Shown: piece after piece, positions 27,275 through 35,013 of the stretch
How the letters are laid out: each line of letters opens with the position of its first letter
Position numbering within the stretch: the stretch's first letter is position 1
Origin: Candidatus Thorarchaeota archaeon SMTZ1-45
Lineage (GTDB): Archaea > Asgardarchaeota > Thorarchaeia > Thorarchaeales > Thorarchaeaceae
Direction of reading: 5' to 3'
NCBI GenBank assembly: GCA_001563335.1
Contig: LRSL01000081.1
Location: 1 to 64,000 of the forward strand
Length of the DNA stretch: 64,000 bases
The notes under the pieces: generated by a model
The model's input: the letters and a program-made list of their open reading frames with translations, nothing else
What the model was told of the DNA's origin: nothing
Database searches by the model: none
Program-made: the position numbers and the translations under genes

Positions 27275-27850
27275 ATGTCACGATTCTTCCGACGAAAAAA
27301 GAAAGACGATAAAGAAGTAGAACAAAAGCCTGATGATATAGTCGCAGTTGAGGTTGAAGGACAACCTGAAACTGAACTTGAGGTCGAAGCTGTAGGAGAA
27401 GAACCAGCTGAAGCTGAGGTTTCAAAACCGATGCCAGAAGGTAGAGAGGATACAATACCCTACCATGATTCAATTCAGGACCGTTTGGTTTACATGTTAA
27501 AAGATCCTGTCATGGCTGATGGTCTAGAGGGAACACACGAGTTCATGCTTGAGTTCATGGCTATGGGTGAACGATTCTGGATTGCTAAAGCACCCCTTGG
27601 TGAGATAGAAACAAAGATTGGAAAAGCGGCTGATGAGGACGCTCATATTAGAATCTCCAATGACGCTGTAAGTGAATTGCTCAATGCATCTACATTCTCA
27701 CAGTTCTCAAAGATTTACCTAAAATACTACAAGACATCTGATGCTGGAAAGTTCATCAAGATAGAAGCTCGAAAGCCAATCATTGACTTAAACCGTAGAG
27801 GTTATGCTAGGGTTCCCGTGTTGAAGTTACTTATAGGTGCTGCGAGATAG
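27275..27850 (+). CDS. Hypothetical protein (basic N-terminus, acidic linker, possible SCP2-like domain)
   Basis: MSRFFRRKKK, Glu-rich linker, G...DAHIRIS pattern. Confidence 0.65.
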   Translation: MSRFFRRKKKDDKEVEQKPDDIVAVEVEGQPETELEVEAVGEEPAEAEVSKPMPEGREDTIPYHDSIQDRLVYMLKDPVMADGLEGTHEFMLEFMAMGERFWIAKAPLGEIETKIGKAADEDAHIRISNDAVSELLNASTFSQFSKIYLKYYKTSDAGKFIKIEARKPIIDLNRRGYARVPVLKLLIGAAR

Positions 27851-27934
27851 AGCTGCTCCTTAGGAAATAGAACACTCTAGCAATAGTTTAAAATCCGGCG
27901 TAATGACCATCTGATGTATTCAGGTGGTTGTATC

Positions 27935-28618
27935 TTGTCACGTATCAGAACTCCAGTGGTCATAATCAATTTCAAGACATATCCTCAAGCCACAGGTGAA
28001 AATGCTGTAGTGCTTGCTAAGACATGCGAAGCTGTATCGAAAGAATTCAATGTACCTATCGTTGTTGCTCCGCAGATATCTGATCTGTATCGAGTTTCTC
28101 AGGTTGTTGATATTCCTGTATTCTCTCAACATATGGACCCTGGAGAGCAAGGACGGTTCACCGGTCATGTTTTGGGAGAGGCTCTTGTGGAGGCTGGGTG
28201 TTCTGGAACTCTTCTGAATCACTCTGAGAATAGAATGCAGCTCGCAGATGTTGAAATGGCTGTGACAAAAGCAAGAAAGCTGAACCTTTACACTGTTGTG
28301 TGTACAAACAATCCTAATGTGAGTGTTGCAGCTTCCACCATGAAACCAGACTCTGTGGCTGTAGAGCCTCCTGAGCTAATTGGCACTGGAATTTCAGTTT
28401 CTCAAGCCCAACCTGAAGTAATCCGCGGAACTGTTGAGTTGATTCGTGATGTGAACAAGGATGTCGTAATACTTTGTGGGGCGGGCATAAGTAATGGGGA
28501 TGATGTATCAGCAGCAATGAAGCTGGGGTCTCAAGGGGTTCTGTTAGCCTCAGCTGTGGCAAAGTCAGACAAACCTGGAGCTGTCCTCAGGAGTCTTACA
28601 CATCCATTGAGAAAATAG
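27935..28618 (+). CDS. tpiA: Triosephosphate isomerase (archaeal type)
   Basis: INFKTY, LLNHSE, AVEPPELIGTG, LCGAGI, GVLLAS. Confidence 0.96.
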   Translation: MSRIRTPVVIINFKTYPQATGENAVVLAKTCEAVSKEFNVPIVVAPQISDLYRVSQVVDIPVFSQHMDPGEQGRFTGHVLGEALVEAGCSGTLLNHSENRMQLADVEMAVTKARKLNLYTVVCTNNPNVSVAASTMKPDSVAVEPPELIGTGISVSQAQPEVIRGTVELIRDVNKDVVILCGAGISNGDDVSAAMKLGSQGVLLASAVAKSDKPGAVLRSLTHPLRK

Positions 28619-28673
28619 TACATTCCGCATGATTTTTCACATGACATAGAGCGCATCGAACAGGCGAGTTAAA

Positions 28674-29567
28674 TTGAAAGTGACTTTGGAGTGTGCTCAC
28701 TGTTTACTCGAAAGAGCAATCAATCAAGTGAAGCTAGCTACCGATGATCCCGCTCTTAGAATGAGAATAGTCGAAGCCATGACTCAATTCCTTAGCGAGA
28801 ACTTCAATGGTGATGCTGTTCCAAGTCATATTGGTACAGACAGAGATCTACTAGTCCAAAAGATGACTGGCAATGATCCATACAGAAACCTCAAACATCA
28901 GTCCAATGAGATGGCACTAAACATTCTTCCTGAACTTCAGAAACTTGTAGATGAGCATAATGACCCTAAAACACGATTTCGTATTGCCACTTTGATAACT
29001 GCTGCTGCTAATGCTATCGAGTTCGATGTTTCCGGTCGCGACTTCAGTCTGGATGAACTACGTTTGATTCTTGATAACGTTGAAACCGATCTTGTTATTG
29101 ATCAAGTAGATGAATTTAGGCGTCTAGTTGCTAATGTGAATGAGGTTCTTTATCTGATGGACAACGCTGGTGAGATTGCTTTGGATATGATACTTCTCAG
29201 GGAAATCAAACGCATTGGTCCCAAAGTCATCGCAGTTGTTAAAGGTGGACCTGTCCTCAACGATGCCACTATGATTGATGCTGATGAAGTAGGTCTATCA
29301 GAATGCGCTGATGAGGTCCGCGATACCGGTGCAGCAGCTATTGGTGTTAATCTCGAACGAAACTCTGAAGATTTCAAAAAGATATTCTCTGCTGCTGAAC
29401 TCATCATAGCAAAGGGTATGGGTAATTTTGAATCACTGACCGAGTTCGAACCTTCTTGTCCAATAGTTCATATTTTGAGGACAAAATGCAATCCTGTGGC
29501 TGAACACGTTGGTGTGCCTAAAAACAAGAACGTTGTCTTGATACGAACTCCACCACAAGTAGACTAG
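28674..29567 (+). CDS. DUF89/ARMT1-like damage-control phosphatase
   Basis: ECAHC, DPY..LK..SN, DNAGEI, P.LNDAT, AKGMGNFE, KC.PVA. Confidence 0.92.
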   Translation: MKVTLECAHCLLERAINQVKLATDDPALRMRIVEAMTQFLSENFNGDAVPSHIGTDRDLLVQKMTGNDPYRNLKHQSNEMALNILPELQKLVDEHNDPKTRFRIATLITAAANAIEFDVSGRDFSLDELRLILDNVETDLVIDQVDEFRRLVANVNEVLYLMDNAGEIALDMILLREIKRIGPKVIAVVKGGPVLNDATMIDADEVGLSECADEVRDTGAAAIGVNLERNSEDFKKIFSAAELIIAKGMGNFESLTEFEPSCPIVHILRTKCNPVAEHVGVPKNKNVVLIRTPPQVD

Positions 29568-29572
29568 CTGGT

Positions 29573-30403
29573 TTATGCCATATCGTCCTTGTAAGGCCTT
29601 AAAGCTCTTGCAACAGGTCCTGATTCTGTGAACTCAACCCTCATCTCTGGAAAATCAAGACTGATAACATCTCTGAGTCGTTTCATACCCGGTTCTTCTG
29701 TTGCAAATGCACCAAGTTCTAGGGTGTTTATTCCCTCTTCACTAGCAAGTAATCTAATCTCGGGTGAGAGTTCTCCTGTGATTAGTGTATCTAGATCTTG
29801 ATTCTTTGCGTTTAATATTTCAGGCATGTCCACACTGCTTCCTGCGATAACAAGCAAATCCCTAACCTCATCATCGAGGTCTCCTGAAAACAATACTGAG
29901 TCTAATCCTATCTTTCCCGCAATGTAATTTACAAAACCTGATTGATTCTTAACTCCAGGAGGTTTGCAGACTCTTCCAATGGCTGTGGGTTCTCCAAAAT
30001 CACTCTCAGTCATAAAATCTGAAGACTTTTTGAGTCCAAGAGTTTCCACAAGTGCGTCATTCAACCCGTCTCTCATGCAGAGCCACCCACTACCAACAAC
30101 ATAAGTTGAGATGTAGTTCTTTGTCAACAGTCTCACTCTTACAAGGTCTAGTCCTGATAATCTGTCTATAGCAAAAGGAAACAATGGACGATATGTTATC
30201 AGAAGATTGACCTTGTCTTGTGTAGCCTTGGTAACTACTCGTGCTGAAGGATATGTGGCTACTAGAATCCTATTGATTGTGGTATTCGCCTGTTCTTTTT
30301 CAGTCTGTGGCCCTATCTCAACTCGACTCTCAAGACCACGAATCGAAAATTCCTTTGGAGATAACTTACTAAGGCGTTTAATAAGTTCAAGAAGGCTGGT
30401 CAT
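29573..30403 (-). CDS. NIF3/YbgI-like protein lacking metal-binding histidines
   Basis: NIF3 layout (LLITYRPLF, GLNDAL...LGL, IGRV, ITGE, G.FATE..GMK.L) with HH changed to YR. Confidence 0.75.
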   Translation of the reverse strand: MTSLLELIKRLSKLSPKEFSIRGLESRVEIGPQTEKEQANTTINRILVATYPSARVVTKATQDKVNLLITYRPLFPFAIDRLSGLDLVRVRLLTKNYISTYVVGSGWLCMRDGLNDALVETLGLKKSSDFMTESDFGEPTAIGRVCKPPGVKNQSGFVNYIAGKIGLDSVLFSGDLDDEVRDLLVIAGSSVDMPEILNAKNQDLDTLITGELSPEIRLLASEEGINTLELGAFATEEPGMKRLRDVISLDFPEMRVEFTESGPVARALRPYKDDMA

Positions 30404-30492
30404 GACATCACCTCAAGCCACGGTGGATAGGGACTCCAAATTGTACTCCTAGTCTTATTCTTTTGCATGAGTTTGTAATTGAGGAATCTGAA

Positions 30493-30888
30493 CTACTCTA
30501 AGTCTTCTTCTTCGAAGTCTTCCTCATCAATATCCTCATCGTATGAGTACAAATCTTCGAGATCTTCACTGATCTCTTCTAATTCAGGCTCTTCCTCAAT
30601 CTCTTCCAGCTCCAAGTCCTCATCAAGGACTTCAAGTTCTAGTTCATCTTCTAATATCTCAAGTTCTGGTTCTTTTTTCTTGGGTTTCTTAGCTGGTTTG
30701 ACTTTCTTTTTCTTCTTCTCTGTAAGAGATACTTTTGCTGGAGCGACGGTATGTTTCCGCTTGAGTTTCCAAAGACTCGTTTTAGCTGCGCGGAGTTTTC
30801 GCATCCTCCTAAAATCAATCTGTTCTGGGTTCTGGGTCTTTCTGAGACGAGTCAATTCACGTTTAATGGCTTTCTCCTTGTTTACCAT
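30493..30888 (-). CDS. Hypothetical protein with basic N-terminus and acidic C-terminus
   Basis: ATG preceded by GGTGA; K/R-rich first half, D/E-rich tail. Confidence 0.75.
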   Translation of the reverse strand: MVNKEKAIKRELTRLRKTQNPEQIDFRRMRKLRAAKTSLWKLKRKHTVAPAKVSLTEKKKKKVKPAKKPKKKEPELEILEDELELEVLDEDLELEEIEEEPELEEISEDLEDLYSYDEDIDEEDFEEEDLE

Positions 30889-31022
30889 TTCATATCACCG
30901 TCGCCTTTACAGCGTCACTTTGTGTTTGTTTTATAACTGTGTCGGGCCTTCAATAAGACAAGCCTTTTCTCCTTCATTGTCCCTGCAAATGTAAGTGACA
31001 AAAACCTGTGAGTTGTTTTGCT

Positions 31023-31544
31023 ATGAGTAAGAAGAAACAGCATGAGTTTGTTAGCATTCGTTTTAGAATTGATAAGGAATTACTGGAACGAATTGATCAG
31101 ATTGCAGGTGAGCGAGGGCGTCAAAAATACATCCATGATGCAATCTTGTGGAGACTGGATGAAGAGCTACCACCAATTGTTTATGATTTAATTAAAGATG
31201 TAGATGAATTGAAGAACCGAGTAAAGCATCTCGAAAGCATAGGCTCGACTAGTTTTCAGTTGGGTGAATTAAATGATATTGCTCGTAACGAGCTGTGTAA
31301 TGATGAACTTGACCGAAAACTATTGGCATATTTCATAAGAAATGAAGGTGCAACAACTCCAGAACTAGCCAAATACCTTCTCGGATCTGCGGACAAACGA
31401 AGAACCATTCTTGACAGGATAGATCGATTGAACGGTCGAGCCCAATCACTCTTCGGAACACCCATTCTGGACTACAAGAAAGGCTTTGTCAAGCACAAAC
31501 GAGGTGCCTGGTGGATCACAGGTCTAGAGCATATAATCATCTGA
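31023..31544 (+). CDS. Putative transcription regulator (RHH, coiled coil, winged HTH)
   Basis: VSIRFRIDKELLERIDQIA...KYIHDAI; LDRKLLAYF...ATTPELAKYL. Confidence 0.7.
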   Translation: MSKKKQHEFVSIRFRIDKELLERIDQIAGERGRQKYIHDAILWRLDEELPPIVYDLIKDVDELKNRVKHLESIGSTSFQLGELNDIARNELCNDELDRKLLAYFIRNEGATTPELAKYLLGSADKRRTILDRIDRLNGRAQSLFGTPILDYKKGFVKHKRGAWWITGLEHIII

Positions 31545-31584
31545 TTTAGCAAATCTTTATAGAACGCTACTCTGACAAGGTTCT

Positions 31585-31662
31585 GGGGCCGTAGTCTAGC
31601 CTGGATAAGGCACCAGCCTCCGGAGTTGGTCATCCCCGGTTCAAATCCGGGCGGTCCCGCCA
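31585..31662 (+). tRNA. tRNA-Arg(CCG)
   Basis: Acceptor GGGGCCG/CGGTCCC, anticodon stem CCAGC/GTTGG with loop CT-CCG-GA, T-loop TTCAAAT, encoded CCA. Confidence 0.97.
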
Positions 31663-31741
31663 CTAAAGATGACTTTTCTTTGTCCTGTCGGAGTTTAAAA
31701 GACATCAATTTGCAGTGTATTGTGAAAGTGAGGTCTACGAT

Positions 31742-31948
31742 ATGAGTTTCCTGCATGACCGGGATTCAACACATGATCGTGTTGTTAATAGATTTTCAAG
31801 ATATCTCAACGGTCCTATGGGCAAAACAGTACTTGAGAACTTGGAGGAGGGCGAACATTTCATTCTACAGACTTCAGAGCATACCTTTCGTGTCACAAAA
31901 AAGAAAGGTCGTGCAGTTGTTGAGCTTCTTCAAATACAGTGTACTTGA
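31742..31948 (+). CDS. Hypothetical protein (68 aa) between the two tRNAs
   Basis: GAGGT upstream of ATG; globular-looking sequence MSFLHDRDST... Confidence 0.65.
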   Translation: MSFLHDRDSTHDRVVNRFSRYLNGPMGKTVLENLEEGEHFILQTSEHTFRVTKKKGRAVVELLQIQCT

Positions 31949-32019
31949 TTCCTCACACCTAAAAACAGTCTATTTTCACAACGAAGACTCTATAAGTCAA
32001 ACTAGGTCCCCCGATGAAT

Positions 32020-32097
32020 GGGGCCGTAGTCTAGCCTGGATAAGGCACCAGCCTGCGGAGTTGGTCATCCCCGGTTCGAATCCGGGCGGTCCCGCCA
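32020..32097 (+). tRNA. tRNA-Arg(GCG)
   Basis: Same body as the first tRNA; loop CT-GCG-GA, T-loop TTCGAAT, encoded CCA; TATAAG at 31991. Confidence 0.97.
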
Positions 32098-32211
32098 CGT
32101 ATTTTTTACATTGCCACAATTTCGAAGTCGACAAGAAGCTTAAATGCACTGTAAAAATCGGCTATGTATAAGTGGAGGAATAATCTGCCACAATTTCGAG
32201 AGAATTTGGCT

Positions 32212-33339
32212 ATGCAATTCACACCTCAGAGATTAGACAAAGTACATCGTGCTATGCGGAGAGAGGAAGTTGCTGCATTACTAGTCACACGTAGGCAAGA
32301 TGTACAATATCTGACAGGTTTTCAATATCGTGGCATGAATGTGCCAATTGGATGTCTAATTATTGAGAAACATCAACCACAATTGATCCTTCCTGACAGA
32401 CATGAACTTGTTTCTTCTCGTGAATCAGTGATTGGTAAGGTACGAACATTCAACGAAACAAACTATGAAGGATGGTCTCGAAGTCATGGTCCAGCTTTTT
32501 GGGAGAAGGTCACTAGCATTTTGAAAGAACTTGGGCTCGCAGGCAGTATGATTGGATTGCAGCATGATTGGCTCTCAGTGCAAGAGTTTGAGAAGTTAAA
32601 ACAATCACTACCTGAGGCCGGATTCAAGGACTTCTCACCAAGCTTATGGAAATTGAAACTCATCAAAGATGCTGCTGAGATAGATGCAATACGTAAAGCT
32701 GTGACCATATGTGAGATTGGTGTTCGAACTGCTCTTGAGGTTGTTACTACTGGTAAGTCAGAAGAGGATGCCTCACTTGAGATTGAGTCAGCAATGAGAG
32801 TTGCTGGTGGTCAACAACGAGGAATTCGTGCTGCAGTTTTGTCAGGAACATATTCACATCTTCCTCTTGCAGAACCTAGCACTTCAAGAATTATTAGTGA
32901 TCAGTTTATTGTTCTTGATATAACAGTAAGTCACACAGGATATTTTGGAGAGATTGCTAGGACTATACATCTTGGTAGACCGTCGAGTAAACAGAAGAAA
33001 TTCTTCCAGTATGTGGTCAACATAGTAAGAATGCTAGAGAAGAGACTCAGACCTGAAGCACAGATAAAGGATGTAGCTGAGAAGACCCTTAAGAAAATGA
33101 AACGACGAATTCCATCTGACAATATACTGCAGCCTTTAGGGAACTCAATTGGTCTTGATCTCCATGAACCCCCATTCATCGCTCCTGATGCCCAGCACAC
33201 TCTGAGACCAGGAATGGTATTCTCACTGCATCCAACTGGCTTTGCAACTGGTGTTGGTACAGTCAAAATCGCTGATGTAGTCCTGATAACTGATAGCGGC
33301 TGTGAGAATCTCACATCGCTGGCTCGTGAAACAATATAA
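32212..33339 (+). CDS. M24/Xaa-Pro peptidase-fold protein, probably inactive
   Basis: Creatinase_N (YLTGF) plus M24 domain (IKDAAEI, GLDLHEPP, LRPGMVFS); metal ligands substituted. Confidence 0.85.
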   Translation: MQFTPQRLDKVHRAMRREEVAALLVTRRQDVQYLTGFQYRGMNVPIGCLIIEKHQPQLILPDRHELVSSRESVIGKVRTFNETNYEGWSRSHGPAFWEKVTSILKELGLAGSMIGLQHDWLSVQEFEKLKQSLPEAGFKDFSPSLWKLKLIKDAAEIDAIRKAVTICEIGVRTALEVVTTGKSEEDASLEIESAMRVAGGQQRGIRAAVLSGTYSHLPLAEPSTSRIISDQFIVLDITVSHTGYFGEIARTIHLGRPSSKQKKFFQYVVNIVRMLEKRLRPEAQIKDVAEKTLKKMKRRIPSDNILQPLGNSIGLDLHEPPFIAPDAQHTLRPGMVFSLHPTGFATGVGTVKIADVVLITDSGCENLTSLARETI

Positions 33340-33867
33340 TCAGGTAGCCTGCTGCCATCTCCGTAACTTCATGAATACTTGAGTAATCGTATCAGCTCTA
33401 AGTGTATGTTTCTCAACCTCTTCCCTTGTTATTTCTCTAATTTGAGCAGCTGGGGCTCCTGAGTTAAGAGTTCTGGGTGGAATTACAATATTTGGGGGGA
33501 TAATACTTCCAGGAGCTAAAGACACCCCCTCTCCAAGGGTAGCGCCATCGAAGACAACGCAACCATCTCCAATGTTCGAGTTGTCTCCAACATAGACACC
33601 ATGAATTGCGGAAGCAGTAGAAATAATGACATTATTTCCGATAATTGCTGGGTTGTCTGCATTGTGAGCATGGATGACCACACTATCTTGAATACATGTG
33701 TTCTCACCAATGCGGACTGAAGCTTGATCGCCTCTTATGACTGCTCCTGGCCAAACGTTCGATCCCGGACCAATCTCAACATCTCCCATAATGGTCGCTT
33801 GTGGACTAACATAGGCTTGTGAATCAATCTTCGGACTCTTATCACCAAAGGGTAGTACTGGCATCAT
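33340..33867 (-). CDS. Gamma-carbonic anhydrase family (hexapeptide repeat) protein
   Basis: GDVEIG..SNVWPGAVIRGD, IQD..VIH, AIHG, SGAPA. Confidence 0.88.
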   Translation of the reverse strand: MMPVLPFGDKSPKIDSQAYVSPQATIMGDVEIGPGSNVWPGAVIRGDQASVRIGENTCIQDSVVIHAHNADNPAIIGNNVIISTASAIHGVYVGDNSNIGDGCVVFDGATLGEGVSLAPGSIIPPNIVIPPRTLNSGAPAAQIREITREEVEKHTLRADTITQVFMKLRRWQQAT

Positions 33868-33939
33868 CGCACCTCAATTCTATCTAGAATACCTCCAGTC
33901 TCGCATTCATATAAAATATCATGCGATTTGTAGGCATGT

Positions 33940-34314
33940 TCACTTCTGACCAAAGAAGAACTCAATCACATCTTCATAATGCTCAAGCGGCCGTAATCCA
34001 ATCAATCTGTTCAGTTTCTTCTTCTCCCCAGTCCTTTGGTCTGTGGTTTCATATTTAGCAGGTGCTCCGTCAAAATAGAGCAAAACACAGGGAATCGCAT
34101 GAATCATATTATCAATGGCAAATTTCCGGTATTCTTCTGTGTTGACCTTCAAGAATCTGATATCGGGATTATCAGCATATTTTGCATCTAGCTCTTCAAG
34201 GATGGGTGTCAATGCTCTACAGGGCTGACACCAAGGCGCCCAAGCATCTACAAAAAGGAGTCTGGTCTCGCGAATTATTCTCTCAACAATATCTGGTGAT
34301 ACATCCGAAACCAT
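33940..34314 (-). CDS. Thioredoxin
   Basis: WAPWCQPC, cis-Pro motif AIP. Confidence 0.9.
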   Translation of the reverse strand: MVSDVSPDIVERIIRETRLLFVDAWAPWCQPCRALTPILEELDAKYADNPDIRFLKVNTEEYRKFAIDNMIHAIPCVLLYFDGAPAKYETTDQRTGEKKKLNRLIGLRPLEHYEDVIEFFFGQK

Positions 34315-34496
34315 GACTCTTTGATTACATGATAGGCTATGAATCTTACTTCAGATGACGAACAACTTGTTTAAATCTGTCTGCTGATTTGTAAGATAGT
34401 TTCTTAGTGGAATCCACAACATAATCAATGTTCCATCTCGAAGTGGGAGAAGAAAAGATGAAGGGGAATAATCCCCAAGAGAATAGTGAAAGCTTT

Positions 34497-34859
34497 CTAT
34501 GCAGCTTCTTGTGCAAGAAGATTATCTGCAATCTGTTCGTACACCTCTGGCGGCATTACACCAACCAGCTTGTCCATCTTTCTACCTGATCCGTCGTCAA
34601 AAACAACTCTCTTGCCTTCGGAATAGACTAGTACGCTTGGAACGCCAGTTATCTGATTTTCCATTGAGAACTCGCGGTTTTGATCCACATCGATTTTTAC
34701 AACCTTAAGACCTCTATCCTTGAATTTCTCCTGTACTTCTTCAAGAATCGGACTAAGTGTCCGGCACGGTCCACACCAAGTAGCCCACGCATCAACAAAC
34801 ACTACTTTATGACCCTCGATAATCTTCGGCAAATCATCGGAATTTATGTCATCAACCAT
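34497..34859 (-). CDS. trxA: Thioredoxin
   Basis: WATWCGPC, GVP; start MVDDIN. Confidence 0.9.
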   Translation of the reverse strand: MVDDINSDDLPKIIEGHKVVFVDAWATWCGPCRTLSPILEEVQEKFKDRGLKVVKIDVDQNREFSMENQITGVPSVLVYSEGKRVVFDDGSGRKMDKLVGVMPPEVYEQIADNLLAQEAA

Positions 34860-35013
34860 TATGTCTACGCTCCCGTCTCCGGCACGAGTCGGTTGTGCAT
34901 GTTGGGTGCACAATCGGTTATAAGGATTGTGATATCACCTTGTTGTTCTTCAATGCATGTCAGGCCAAAGTTTGATAAGCGGCAGTCGATGGAATTGATT
35001 TCTAGAAACCTCG

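Noticed and set aside
30479-30994. 171-aa Ser-rich + strand ORF
   Set aside because: Antisense shadow of the Glu/Lys-rich minus-strand gene, which has the ribosome-binding site
31585-32097. tRNA direct repeats as attL/attR of an integrated element
   Set aside because: Both are complete tRNAs with different anticodons; no integrase, and only about 360 bp lie between them
31755-32171. 138-aa ORF (and 31472..31756 on the minus strand)
   Set aside because: They run through tRNA genes; spurious
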